A stretch of 64,000 bases of DNA from Mobula hypostoma (Eukaryota). The notes beneath the pieces are model-generated. The model was given only the letters and a program-made list of their open reading frames with translations, had not been told where the DNA came from and did no database searches. The stretch lies in contig NC_086097.1 in assembly GCF_963921235.1 (NCBI RefSeq), forward strand, positions 117,740,001-117,804,000, in the 5' to 3' direction. Of this stretch, positions 10,748 to 23,789 are shown in pieces. The position numbers and the translations under genes are program-made. Positions within the stretch are counted from its first letter, which is position 1, and every line of letters begins with the position of its first letter.

Positions 10748-11986
10748 TGTCACAGTTGGAGGTGGACCCAAATGCAAGACACAGATACTGAAATACAAGG
10801 AACAGAACTTGACTGGAGTAGGAACGTGACAGAATACAGACAAGGAGCAGGGACAAGAACTCAGACTTGTGCTAGGACATGGACTAGAACTCAGACTTGG
10901 GCTACGACATGGACAAGAAAACAGGGAACCCAGACCAGGAACTAGGTGCTTGGGCTTGGGCTCCGAGCCAGAGACTGGACAAGGACCCAGAACCTGGGTC
11001 TTGCCTCGGGCTCGGGCTCCAGAACCAGGCAAGGACATGACATGACTACCGGACAGGATGTGGCTGGGGTCTAGAGGCTTGAGTCTGGGGTCTTGAGGCT
11101 TGAGGCTTGAGGCTGGGGTCTTGAGGCTTGAGGCGAGGTTGAGGTCTTGAGGCTTGAGGCTTGCAGGCTGGGGTCTTGGGTCTTGAAGCTGCAGGCTGGG
11201 AATTGGGGTCTTGGAATGCGGAGGCTGATAACTCGGAGATAGACAGGAGTACATCAACAGAGAGCCGGAACTTATCCTTCGAAAAGCCAGGACTCATCTT
11301 TAACTCGACATTAACATGGGACTGGACAGTGCATAGACACAGAGCCGGGAGTCATCCATAGGCAAGCTGGGACTCAACTTTATCTCCACACCAAGGTGGG
11401 AAAGGTCCACCTGTTGGGTAATGGCAGAACGGCCAGACTTACCCAACAGAGGCGAGGACAAGACAAGACAGATTCCCCTCTGCAGGGCAATGGCAGAATG
11501 GCCTGACTTACCCCACGGAGGCAAGGACAAGAAGAGACAAACACCAAAGAACGACAGACAGTTCTATCTCTGCTCCGGGGTAGCTCCGAGTCTCAGTTCG
11601 GCCAGCAACCTCAGCTGGCTACAGAAACAGTTGGATCCCTACCTAGCTCAGAGTGGCTGGCCCGGGAGACAGCCGAATCCATATCGCAAAGACAGCTCTG
11701 ACTACCGAGAGCAAGGCTCCATGAAGCGATGTTTCTCCAACACGGCCTAAAGATGACAGGTGGCCGCTCTAGCCTTCCACCGGCAGGTTGCTCCCAGGGG
11801 ATCTTAACAAGACAAACCAGCAGCTCACAGTCGACCCCAAGGCCATTTATATTCCAAGCCCCAAGATGGGAATCATGTACCTATGATTAACTCAACCAAA
11901 CAAGGGACAGCTGGAAGACCCAGAGTCCTGAGTCCACGGACCGGACTGTGAACCAGAATGCGGAATTCACAGACCGGACCATGTCA
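10748..11986 (-). mobile_element. Long solo LTR (1239 bp) with termini resembling the sushi-like LTR and internal tandem repeats
   Basis: TG...CA termini; exact 5-bp TSD TTTAG (10743-10747 / 11987-11991); end ccggaccatgtca resembles cgggaccatgaca at 3649. Confidence 0.88.
11065..11215. repeat. Degenerate GAGGCTT / GGGGTCTT minisatellite inside the solo LTR
   Basis: Repeated 7-8 bp units are directly visible. Confidence 0.85.
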
Positions 11987-12091
11987 TTTAGCCTGACTTG
12001 ACCATGCTATATTTGTGTATTAAACCCATCTCCCAGCTCTGGATTAATAACCTTCTATGCCTAAGTGTTACTTAAATCGTTTGCTATGCAA

Positions 12092-12590
12092 TTCAATGTT
12101 CAAAGTAATTTTATTTTCAAAGTATGTATATGTCACTAAATACTATCTTGAGATTCATTTTCTTTCAGGCATTCACAGTAGAACAAAGAAATAAAATAGA
12201 ATCTATGAAAAGCTAACAATGACAAACCACTAATGTACAAAATAAGACAAACTGTGCATATAAAAAATAAGTAAATAAGTAATACTGAGAAAATAATTTG
12301 TAGAGTCCATAAGTTGTGGAATCAGTTCAGAACTGGGGTGAGTGAAGCTGTCTGCGCTGGTTCAGGGGCTTATGGTTGAAGGGTAATAACTGCTCCGGAA
12401 CCTGGTGGTGTGAGACCTAAGGTTCCAGCATTGCCTTCCTGATGGCAGCAGTAAGAAGAGAGCATGGCCTGGATGGTGGGGGTCCCTGCTGCTGGATGCT
12501 GCTTTCCTGTGGCAGTGCTCCTTGTAGGTGTTTAGTGGTGGGAGGGCTTTGCCTGTGATGGACTGGGCAGCTTCCAACACCTTTGTACAA
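12092..12590 (-). mobile_element. Rex1/Babar-like LINE 3' fragment
   Basis: ORF 12362-12580 RDPHHPGHALFLLLPSGR..LRSHTTRFRSSYYPSTI is a typical ORF2 C-terminus, followed by a 3' UTR and tail. Confidence 0.75.
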
Positions 12591-12989
12591 TTTTTAATGA
12601 CTAATTATTCAAGCTGATTTTGAACTAGCCTTATCCAACTATTTTAGTCTATTTTAATCTTCAACCTGCATAATTAATACTATTATCCATTTATTACTCA
12701 ATGTGTTTACTGCAAAATGCATTGAAATTTAAAAAGAAAATTTAAAGAGCAGAAAATATTTTTCTTTCTACTTTGTCTCATAATATGAACTTATTTGAAA
12801 TGGCATGTATACATGTAATAATGTTTTGTTTCTTTGCATCTATGAATGACAATTTTCATTTACATGTGAGGAAAAGCATTTTAAGGCACCATTCCTAAAT
12901 CCAACAAAAGCAAGGGGTCATGGAAGAAGAGATACGTGGGGAAATTATTTAAAGAAGTTGCCTTTCAGTCAAATCCTAACAGAGGAGAG

Positions 12990-15520
12990 GAAGAGAATGG
13001 TGAAAGGGCGAAGAATACAGGACCGAAGGTGCTGTATTTAAATACGCTTAGCATTCGGAATAAGGTGGAGAGATTCATGGCGCAATTAGAGATTGATTGG
13101 TATGATGTTGTGGGCATCACTGAGTCGTGGCTGAAAGAAGACCATAGTTGGGAGCTTAAGATCAAATAATATACTTTGTATCGAAGGGACAGGCAGGAAG
13201 GCACAGGCAGTGGTGTGGTCTGGTGGTAAGAAATAGAATTACAGGAACATCCTTAGAAAGAGGTGACATAGGGTCAGAGAATGTTGAATCTTTGTGGGTG
13301 GAATTAAGAAACTACAAGGGTGAAAACACCATTACGGGTATCATATGTAGGCCAAGATATGGGGCTGAGATTGCAAAGGGAGCTGGAAAAGGCATTTAAT
13401 AAGAATAATGACACAATTGCAATGGGGGACTTCAATATGCAAGGGGATTGGGAAAATCAGGTTGGTGTCAGATTGCAAGAGAGGGAATTTGTTGAATGCC
13501 TACGAGATGGCATTTTAGAGCAGCTTGTGCTTCAGCCTACTTGGGGAAAAGGCTATCTTAGAAATGGTGTTGTGTAATAACCTAGATCTTGTTGGGGAGC
13601 TTAACATAAAGGAGAGAGAGAAGCATAACTCATATGTATCAGTATAACAATGGAATAAAGGGAATTACAGAGGCATGAGAGAAGCTTGCCCAGGTGGATT
13701 GGAAGAGGATACTAGCAGAGATGGTGACAGATCAGAGATTGCTGAAGTTTCTGGGAATAGTTCACAAGGCGCAGGGGTAGGCAACCGTGGCTAACAAAGG
13801 AAGTAAGGGACAGGTTAAAAGCCAAAGAAAGGGCATATAAGGTAGCAAAAGTGAGTGGGAAGTTGGATGATTGGGAAGGTCTTAAAATCTAACAAAAGGC
13901 AACTTAAAAAACTATAAGAAGGGAAAAGATTAAATATGAGGGCAGACTAGCCAATAATATAAAGCAGGATGCCAAAGTATTTTCAGTTATATAAAGAGTA
14001 AAAAGGAGGTGAGAGTTGATATTGGACCATTGAAAAATTATGCTGGTGAGGTTGTAATGGAGATCAAAGAAGGCCCATGAGTGTCAGGGAGAAAGAGTGA
14101 GTGCCATTGCAATTACAAAGGAAAACTGAAAGGTCTTAAGGTGGATAAGTCACCTGGACCAGATAGACCAGAGACCTATTAGCCTAATCTTAGTGGTTGG
14201 GGAAGTGTTGGAGTCTATTATTAAGGATGAGGTTTTGGGGTACTTGGAGACTAATGACATAATAAATCAAAATCAGTATGGTTTCTGTAAAGGGAAATCT
14301 TGCTGACAAATCTGTTAGAATGCTTTGAGGAAGTAACAAGCAGGCTCAACAAGGGAAAGGCAGTGGATGTCATTAACTTGGATTTTCTGAAGGTGTTTGA
14401 TAAGATGCTCAACAAGATACAATCCTGTGGCATTACAGGAAAGATACTAGTTTGGATAGCAGAATGGCTGACAGGCAGAAATAATAGGGGCCTTTTCTGG
14501 TTAGCTGCTGGGTGACTAGTGGTGTTCCTCAGGGGTCAATATTGGGCCTGCTACTTTTCACATTGTTTGTCAATGATTTGGATAATGGAATTAATGGCTT
14601 TGTAGCAAAATTTGCAAATGATATGAAGATAGGTGGAGGGGTAGGTAGAGCTGAGGAAGCAATGCAATTGCAGAAGGACTTAGACAAATTGGAAAAATGG
14701 ACAAAAAAGTGGCGATGGAATACAGTGCTGGGAAATGTATGAAAATGCATTTTGGTCAAAGGAACAATAGTGAGAGAAGGTTCAAACATCAGAGGTTGAG
14801 GGACTTAGGGGTCCTCATGCAAGACTTCCAGAAGGTTATTTTACAGGTTGAGTCTCTGGTAAATAAGGCCAATGCAATGTTAGCATTCATTTCAAAGGAA
14901 ATATAATATAAAAACAAGGAGATAACCCCTTTATAAGACACTAATCAGGTTGTACTTAGAGTGTTGTCAACGATTTTGGTCTCCATATCTCAGAATATGT
15001 GTTGTCTTTGGAGAGAGTCCAGAGGAGGTTCACAATGATGATTCTGGGAATGAAGGGGTTAACCTACGATGAGCATTTGGCAGTTTTGGGCCTGTACTCA
15101 TTGGAATTTAGAAGAATGCATGAGGATCTCATTAAAGCCTACCGAATGTTTAAAGGACTAGATAGGGTGGATGTGGAGAGGATGTTTCTATGGTGGGGAC
15201 ATCCAGAACTAGATGGGCATGGCCTCAGAATTGAGGGGTGATCTTTTAGAACAGAGATAAGAAGAAATATTTTTATCCGGAGAGTAGTGAATCTATGAAA
15301 TGCAATGCCACATACTGCAGAGAAAGCCAAGTCCATGGGTATAGTCAAGGCAGAAGTTGGAAGTTGATAGTTTCTTAATCCGTCAGGGCATCAAAGGGTA
15401 TGGTGAGAAGGCAGGTGTATGGTGTTTAATGGGATCCAGGATCAGCCATGATGGAATGTTGGTGCAGATTCGATGGGCTGGATGGCCTAATTCTGCTCCT
15501 GTGTTTTATACCTTTGTGGC
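12990..15520 (+). mobile_element. CR1 LINE, decayed, with internal deletions (endonuclease to 3' UTR)
   Basis: YLNTLSIRNK..GITESWL, MGDFN, LTNLLECFEEVT, TSGVPQGSILG, FANDMK, LERVQRRFT; CR1 3' end gggctggatggcctaattctgctcc. Confidence 0.92.
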
Positions 15521-16739
15521 CTAAGGGGTGGGCTTTCGAGTAGGCATTCTTTTGCATGCTACAAAGATTTCAACAATGTGCAGATGCTCAAGTGGCTGTT
15601 CCTGGAGAAATAAAGAACTCGTGAGGGAATATGGGACTAAAGAAAGCTGGGGTGGGGATGAGGCAATGTTGGAACCTCCACAAGCTGAAGTGCATGGAAT
15701 GTATTGTCCAGCAATAATGACAGGGCGATGAGAGTAGAAGGCATAATATGCCATTGGACCCCATGAGCTAAGCTTTGCATGAGCTGACTGAGGTCTGAAG
15801 TTGGACCAGACTTAAAACATTTAAATCTGAAGCAATGAGTATTTCAGCAACAGAATGGCTGAGTTGGCTTGAAATGAAGATGCTACAAAAGTAGAAGTGG
15901 TGGTTTTTGGTGAGAGGGGATCACAAGGTTGAAACAGAACCGTGTGCCAAGTGTGTGAGCAGTATGATTTGACTCAAAGGAGGAAAGGGTAGTGAGAATC
16001 TGTGGGGAAAGTTATGGAATTTCTGGTGTTTTTTTCCTCCATGTTTACCTCAACGAAATCATGTTGTCCAAATTTAAGTGAAATCTTCTGCTACAATCCA
16101 CAACAGATATGCCCATTTCACAGTAGGTGCTGTAACACAGGTTTCTGTTCATTAGAGCATTGGCCATACTACATCTTCTTAGCCTAGGCTGTCTATTGCG
16201 ATTATCAATAACTTACTTCCACTCCAATGTGTGGATTTTCAGGTGGTTAAGGAGGCCAGGGTAGGAACAGCAGGCACTGGCAGAAATGGCAGGACATGAC
16301 TGGAGTGGAGCGATACATATCTATTTATATTGTTTATTTGTATGGTTTGTCATAATATTCATAAACACTATTGCATCTCTTTACTTTCCTGTAAATAACC
16401 TGCAAAAAATGAATGTCAAGTACTAGATAGTGACACATTCATATTTTGATAATAAATTTACTTTGGCTTTGACCAATTTATGGGTTGGTCCACTCATTTT
16501 CCTATATTTTCAGGGCCACTGTGTACTGCTAATGCAATGCTTCAAAGTTCTCAATAACCATGCTGAATGCCTCTCCTCCACTTTAGCATTCTTGGACCAG
16601 AGATTTCCAGGTCAATGGAGACATTGCATTTCTACAAGAAAGCTTTGAACACATCCTCAAAACTTTTTCTTTGTTTGATAATCTCCTTCTATGACAGTGC
16701 TCTGACCAAAGTGTATCTTTTCAGAGTCTGTGGGTGACA

Positions 16740-16925
16740 AAAACATAAGGGATTCTGCAGATGATGGAATTCCTGAGTAACACGCACAAAATGCAGGAAG
16801 AACTCAACAGGTCACGCAGCATCTGTGGAAAGGATTAAAGCATTGATGTTTCCAGCTTGAAATGTCGACAGTTAAACTTTCTTTCCATCGACACTGCCTG
16901 ACCTGCTAAGCACTTTTTGTATTCA
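16740..16925. mobile_element. Penelope-derived palindromic terminal-repeat element
   Basis: ttctgcagatgatggaat...aaaatgcaggaagaactcaacagg, followed by its imperfect inverse ...gcctgacctgctaagcac; same family as 48375 and 27500. Confidence 0.65.
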
Positions 16926-19744
16926 GTGGGTAAGATAGTCTGTCTACCGTATCTGGCAGAAAGCAATGAAGGGTTTAGGATATTGGCCTGAAAGACTGAC
17001 TTCAGTTTACTTAGCCTTTCACTGAATTGAAGGATGTTATGAAGACAGCATTGGTTGTGTCTATGCACAACTACATATATATTAAATAAAAGCACACATG
17101 CAGGAGACAGCTTTGACTGATGTATTCACATTGCAATGAGAGAGAGATAACAATCCACATGCATAGACAACAGATCAATACCTAGTGCTAAGGGGGAGAG
17201 TCATTACTCCAAAAGAAATCGATGCATACATTGCACTTCCTCCCCCTTTAGATTAATCAACATAAAGCTGTATATGTATAAAACATTCAATTTCCCTTTC
17301 ATAAACCCATATTCCAAATAATCATGCTTTCACAGTAACAGTCCATAACTAATTTCGCAATTCTCAAGATAAAATCTTTTGGGTGGCACTCTGCCTCTTT
17401 CAGGATCGCGCCTTTGGACCTGTGGAGTGGCTTCAGGTTTGGTAGGTGTCTTGTCTAAGATAATGTTCTCGGTTTCCTTTGTCACATTGCTGTCAGTGAC
17501 ATCACTACTGAGAGGTAAGTCCAGTGACTGTAACGTGTTCGTCTTGTTGGATGCAGTCGACTCAGATGCGTTCTTCATTTGAGTATCCAGTATCTGGTCC
17601 ACATGACATCTTCACGTCTGACCTCCAACCTCCTCTGTTTACATCAGTGGTCCAGTTCTTGTAGCTATCCTACTGGGTGTCCACTTGTCTTCTTGGTAAT
17701 CAGGCGCTCGGACTTCCTGTCCAATCTCGAAGCTCCTTGCTGCTTCACTTGGCAACTGGCTGAACTGTTTATTCTGCACTTCCCTCTGGAGGTCTGGTTT
17801 CAGGAGGCCTATGTGAGATCTCAGATTCCTGTTCATGAACAGCTTTGCAAGTGTTTGATTTGTTGTCACATGGATAGAGTTCCAATACGCAAAAAGGAAG
17901 TTGTCCACCTTGTACCATAGAGGAATGTCCTCCTTGTCCATCACTTTAATGGGCTTCCTAAAGGTTGGGATAAACCTTTCAGTGAATCCATTCGTTGCTG
18001 GGTGGTGAGGAGTTGACTTGAAATGTCCGATGCTATTTTGCTTCATGAACTCTCGGAATTCTTCTGACATGTATTGTGGTCTGCTGTCACTCAAATTTGT
18101 TCTGGTAAGCTGCTTCTGGTGAAGATAGTCCTCAGGGCAGAGACAGCCTTTGCTGACGTGGTTGACTTAACTGGAATATCCTCCGGCCACTTCAGATGCG
18201 TACCCACAGCAATCTGAAACATGGAGCCTATGAATGGCCCAGCAAAGCCAATATGTACTCTTTGCCATGGGGCAGATGACCACTCCCAAGGGTGTAACAG
18301 TGCCTGTGGGGGTGCATTTTGAACTTTTCGGCATCCTGACCTGCTTTTGGCTAAGTCTTCAATCTGTTTATCTACCCATTCTCAAACACCTTCTTATTAG
18401 CATTAAGCAGCTGTGACAGTCTCTGGTTAGTGCTACCGGTTGGACCTGCAGTTGCCTGTTGATGCCACACTGAGAGCTTTGACTGAGTGCCAGACTGGTT
18501 GGATTTTTCTCAACCATTCATGTCCGAAAAGTGCTGGCCCTCCACTTTTCAATACATAAAGCTCTTACTGTTGTGTTTGCCCTCCATACATCACACTCAC
18601 TTTCAGTTTGCCTATGGGAGACACTTTTCCGCCTGTGTAAGTCCTTAGCATAACTGAGGACTTCTTTAATGGTATCGTAGAAAACAGTCTGTTGTAGTCA
18701 GCCTCTGGAATTATAGACAAAGCTGACCCTGTATCCAGCTCCATTTTCAGTTTTATGCCAGGCGCAGGTATTGTGATCCAGATGATCTTGCGATTTGCTC
18801 AGTAATACTATGCAGTTCTAGGCGTGACAGTTCACCTTTGTCAGACTCCATGTTCTCTGATTCTGTTTTATATTCATTAACTTAATGAATTTGTTTAGTT
18901 TTGTGTTTGAGACTTTTCATTTGGTTGTGCTTCTTGTCTGCTTAGCACACTCTCTCTATGTGACCTTGTCTGGGACACTTTCGGCCAACTTATTCTTTGA
19001 ATCAACAGTTATTTGCATCCTGGGAGGATTTGCCACATCGATAACATCTTTGGCTTTTTGCACCATTCAGGGACATTTTTTATCGTTTCACATCCTAACT
19101 TCCTTTACTGCAGAGAAGCTGCATCTTTTGCTGCAGTTTTTAATGATATTGCAATGCTCAATGCCTGTTATAAGGTTAGGTCTCTTTCAGATAGTAGCCT
19201 CTTTTGAGTGCTTTGACTATGCATGCACATACAATCCTGTCCCTTAAAGCAATAGAAAGTCCATCTCTAAAGTCACAGTAATGGGAAAGTTTGCACAGTT
19301 CTGCAATGTACTCAGATAGGCTTTCATCCTTTGACTGGTTCCTTTTGTAAAATCTAAATCTCCCAGCCATTACCAGTGGTTTAGGGCTCACGTGATTTTA
19401 TAAAACTGGCTATTTTGTCAAACGTCTTGCTTCTTGGGTTTTCAGAGGTAACTACTTTGCATAAGAGATTTTACGTTCTTGGGCCCATTAAGCTAAGAAG
19501 TGCAGGAGCTTTCTTTTGCTCCTGCACGTTTTTCATGTTACAGTACCATTCAGCCGTCTAGATAGACAACCCCCAGCCTTCATTAGCGCTATCAAATTCG
19601 TCAACTTTCCCGACTGAAGCCATCACCGAGTTACTTTAAATTCAGCGCATCTTTCACTGTTGCTCACGCATCCTTCGGCTTCCTCGTGCTGTTTAACTCT
19701 CGCTGTTTCATCAGTGCAGTTTGTGACATTTTCTGACATTCAGG

Positions 19745-19762
19745 ATCCCATCCTCGCCGCCA
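19745..19762 (-). promoter_or_regulatory. Primer-binding site complementary to the tRNA-Ser(GCT) 3' end
   Basis: Plus strand ATCCCATCCTCGCCGCCA versus tRNA-Ser 3' end ATCCCATCCTCGTCGCCA (17/18), 3 nt from the LTR. Confidence 0.85.
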
Positions 19763-19861
19763 ATTTGTTGTGTCTGAGCACAACTGTATATATATTTAAT
19801 AATAGCACATACGCAGGAGATGGCTTTAAATGGTTGTATGCACATTGTGGCGAGAGAGATA

Positions 19862-20684
19862 CTTTGAGACACTCTATTTGGGGCATGTATTGTTCCTTGA
19901 ACAGAAGGAAGATATAAAGTTGCTGCAGGCCCTCTTAGCGGCAAGTAAGAAATCAATCACTAGAAAATGGCTAAATCCAATACCACCTACATTAGAAGAT
20001 TGGTACGAAATTATCTTGGAAATATTTAAAATGGAAAAGTTGACTTACTCCCTGAGAACTCAAAAAGAAACATTTTATCAAATCTGGAATAAATGGATTG
20101 AATATATAACCCCAATGCAAGCAGACTTTAGATGACTCTCCTAATGATTTATATTGCTCTTCTCATCAACACAGTAATATTGCTAACGTAAGCACCCCTA
20201 GTCTAAATGTTTGTTTTTTTTTGGAAAATAGAGAATTAACACAAGTAAAGGGAAAGATTTGGGAAAGGGATAAAAAAAAATGAAAAAATTAAGTAAATAA
20301 GTACATAGGGATTGGATAATTATGTCTGCGGGCAGGAACAAGCACGAACAAATTGGGATATAAACACCTACAATGGTTGGTATATAGGCTTGTATGCAAC
20401 ATTTTGGACCAGTGGAAATGGTCCAGAAGGGTTGTATGGAAACTATTATTACCATTTTTCTTAACAACTAATTTCATTACTTAGCCTAATAGGTTAGATT
20501 TACCACAGTACATAATTATCTATTTAAATGTTTATTTTCCTTTTATATCATCTCAATGTGTACTTAAGAATGTATAAATAATTGTAGTTTTATACATATA
20601 AAAAATGGAAAAGGTTATATGTGTGAAAAAAGTACATGATAATTGTGAATTCCTTATCCAAATAAAAATAAAATTAAAAAAAAA
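19862..20684 (+). mobile_element. 5'-truncated L1-clade LINE inserted in the 5' LTR of the Mag element
   Basis: Uninterrupted ORF2 C-terminus LLAASKKSITRKWLNPIPPTLEDWY..FYQIWNKWIEYI (stop at 20135), AT-rich 3' UTR, AATAAA and poly(A); the LTR sequence resumes afterwards. Confidence 0.88.
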
Positions 20685-21759
20685 GAATAATACACATGCA
20701 CAGAGAGCAAATCAATACATAGTGCTGGCAGGGGTGGGAGTGGGTCATTGATCTAAAAGAAAGAGATCCACATATTACAGCATTGCTGGTATATTCTGCT
20801 ACTCTCAGGAGAATACTTCAGCAATGATCACCACTAACCAGTATACTATCATTTTGTTTCAGGTCTGAGATGACATATAAGGGGTTTTCAAATTGTCTTT
20901 TACTTATTCAACTAAAGGCAATGCTGACTCATTAAAAATAGTGAGGAACTTCATCTTCCATATCTGCCTTTGCCAGAGGTGGGCCCTGAGACATGGAAGA
21001 TGGCCCACATTCTATGGTTTATCCTATTGAAGTTGACACGGAGTCTTCCATTGAATTCACTTTAACTTCCAGAGATCTCTCCATCCTCAGACTAAGAAGT
21101 CAGGTTGCTGAATCTATGCCTGGTTAACCTGACACAAACATTTTGACGCCAGTGAAATAAGTTGGATATATCAGCTGTTGGAGAAAGACTGTTAAAAAAG
21201 ATATAAATTAGATTTTGTTTTCAATTGCTCGGAATTATGTATGCATGTCTGTTTAGTATTTTAACTCTTAAAATAGTTACAATGATTTAATTTTACTTGC
21301 TTAAACGTTATTTTCCACTTTAAGTCTCAGTTGATTTTGTTTATTTATAAACGGAGTATAATTAATATTCCAACACTCAGAAGATAAAATCACCCCAAGA
21401 GAGTGGCCTGTTACCGTAATGATGGGAAAAAAAAAGTGTACACTAATTTAAGGTGCAATTAGCACAATGCATTTCCAAGGAGATTCATTGTCAAGGCTGA
21501 ACATCTTTGTAGACAGTGTTTCTTTAAATATTCAGTCATTTTGGATCTTAATAAAAGTTCTCCACACCTTTTCTGTTTCTCGTCCTGGAGAATTGTCTTT
21601 ATTGCTCCCTGTTCTCTTTCTATTTACTGATTAACTATGGATGAAATGCCTTTGCTGTCTCCTCTATGTTTTTTTCTAAGTACTTTCAAGCTCAACCAAT
21701 TGAGCCAACAGTTACAAAAAACAAAATACTGTACATCAGTATTTATCAAAATACTCATA

Positions 21760-22265
21760 CATTAGAAGTCAGAATTCAGTTATAAGAATAAATAATGGGT
21801 CTGCTGATTATCTGAAATTGCTGAGCTCAGTGTTGGGTGAAAAAGAACACTCTGGACCAAGAGAAAGGGCACATAGAATTAAAGTGATATGCTTTATTCT
21901 TTTTCATGCCTTTTTCTTAGGCAGTTGTTTGGGATTGAGAATGACAGCTTCACTCTGGTTCTAAGGGTTCTAAGGCAGCTAATGAGGAAAATGGGAACTC
22001 AGGTCCAGCTTTGTTGACTGGCTGGAGGTGTTAAATAAAGCAGACACCAAAACCACCTTTGGACAGCCCAAAAGAGAGGATACCACATTTTGGGCAGTGA
22101 ATAAACTAAATTAAATTGATAGAAGCACAAGAAAACTTTTGCTTCTCCTGAAAACCTGAACTCTGAATAGTGAGCAGAAGTAAAAGGACAGATGTTGCAT
22201 TTCCTCTGCGGGGACGGGTAAATGTTAAGAGAAGCTGCAGGTGTTTGGTGGAGAAGTGAATGAGA
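21760..22265 (-). mobile_element. Old Penelope-like remnant (GIY-YIG region)
   Basis: CNICPFTS and QEKQKFSCASINLI followed by a CxxC-like stretch; flank resembles 24510-24590. Confidence 0.5.
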
Positions 22266-22824
22266 ATACACAAAACTGAGTTTCCATTTGCCACGTTGAA
22301 ATTCCTACTTAACTACATTTTATTATTATAAATTATTAAATATTATTAAACATTATTTTTAATTTTCGACAGTTTGTGTTGATTTTACATGTTTGAAAAT
22401 TTTAGAATCTTTCAAATATTTCAACTTAAATGGCAAATTTGACATCAGTGATCCCTGGCCTGGGGCCTGGCCAGCTGCTCTGTCAATGCAGCCAGCCATG
22501 AGTGCTGGCAGAGTTGGGCCTTGTCAATATGCTGAGGGGCAGTTTCCCAGTGCTGCTTGTGCCTGAGACTGTGTTGAAGGGAAGCATGTAAATGAAGTCA
22601 AAGGGTTGAGAGAAGTGGAAACTATTGTCATCACTGCAAAGGCTGAGACCGATTATGAGATATTGACGCCAAGAGGCGTTGTATTGAGGAGAAAGTGCAG
22701 TAGTCTGGGCATCAGAATTAACTCCCCAGAAATGAATAGCATGGAGCTGGAAAGGAAGCTATGATTGGAAGTGCTCTGATTGTCATTTGTCAGATTATGA
22801 TGCAAAAGGATAGCAGTCATACTC

Positions 22825-23172
22825 AGCAGCAATGTAGCATCATGGTTAGTGTTATGCTTTACTGTGCCAACTGCATGGTTGGGGCTGAATTCCTGCCATT
22901 GTCTGTAAGGAGTTTGTAACTTCTCCCTGTGACCACATGGGTTTCCTCCGGGTGCTCCAGTTTCCTCCCACAGTCCAAAGACGTACAGTGATGGTTAATG
23001 AGTTGCTGGTATGCTATGCTGGCACTAGAAATGTGTTGACAGTTGTGGGCTGTTCCCCATCCCAATCTCCCCGCCCCCCCCATCACATGTCCCAGACTGT
23101 GTTGGTCGTTGATGCAAAAGCAATGGATTTCACTGTATGTTTCAAAGTACACATGAGAAATAAAGCCAATCT
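22825..23172 (+). mobile_element. tRNA-derived V-SINE/HE1-like SINE
   Basis: A/B-box-like head and core tgggtttcctccgggtgctccagtttcctcccacagtccaaagac; ends aaataaagccaatct. Confidence 0.8.
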
Positions 23173-23789
23173 TCAGCTGGACAATCGCAGCAGACGGCTT
23201 TGTTTCTCACGGTTGAGTGCTTTAGTTGACTGAAGCTGTAGTTGCTGTGTGTAACAATGGATGCTGAAAGAAGAAAAGAATCAATGTGCATTATACACCA
23301 TAATCACAAGCATAAAGGATGATTGTGCTTACAGTAATGTGCCCAAGGCTCTCCACTAGAAAAACACCCCGATGTTACAAAATAAAAGCCTGGGTTTAAT
23401 TTGTTGGACATAGCAGAAACACATAATGGTTTTCAGCCTTCTATTTTCCACTTTGGTTGATGTCGAAGAAAAGAATATAAAAATGAGTGCAGATCATAAC
23501 ACTGATAGCCTGCTGTCCATCTTCTGCCACTTTCAGAAATTAAAATTGGCCCCAATATAATGCTAAACACAAGGCTTGTTACTGCAAGAAATACATGCAC
23601 GAATTTCAGTTGCTTTTACTTCATTGCATTTCCATTGCAATCCATTGTGAAGGCTGATCTTCCATGTGGCAAATACTCTTTATTCAGTGTTTTGGGATTT
23701 TAATAAACATTGTCGCATATTTTTGATTTTCTTTCAAGAAGTTTGCATTTATTGCTCCCTACCTTCTCTCTGTGAACTGAATAGTTGTA

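Larger units (their letters stand above)
17053..20779 (-). mobile_element. Mag-clade (K02A2.6-like) Ty3/Gypsy element, internally deleted (RT/RNase H not seen), with short LTRs
   Basis: Exact 5-bp TSD GCATT (17048-17052 / 20780-20784); 3' LTR 17053-17235; PPT 17236-17250; 5' LTR 19766-20779 (L1-interrupted). Motifs: gag ATG at 19623 (MASVGKVDEFD; RFRFYKRNQSKDESLSEYIAEL), protease MELDTGSA ~18720-18745, integrase ORF 17639-18094 (PHHPATNGFTERFI). Confidence 0.93.

Noticed and set aside
10709..11257. 182-aa Pro/Ser-rich ORF
   Set aside because: Produced by the tandem repeats of the solo LTR and crosses the LTR boundary; no domain.
10851..11540. Short repeats with spacers, superficially CRISPR-like
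   Set aside because: Irregular degenerate repeats inside an LTR, eukaryotic context, no cas genes.
19745..19762. tRNA-like sequences here, at 9778-9795 and in SINE heads
   Set aside because: Only 18-nt PBS matches or decayed SINE heads; no full cloverleaf, so not tRNA genes.
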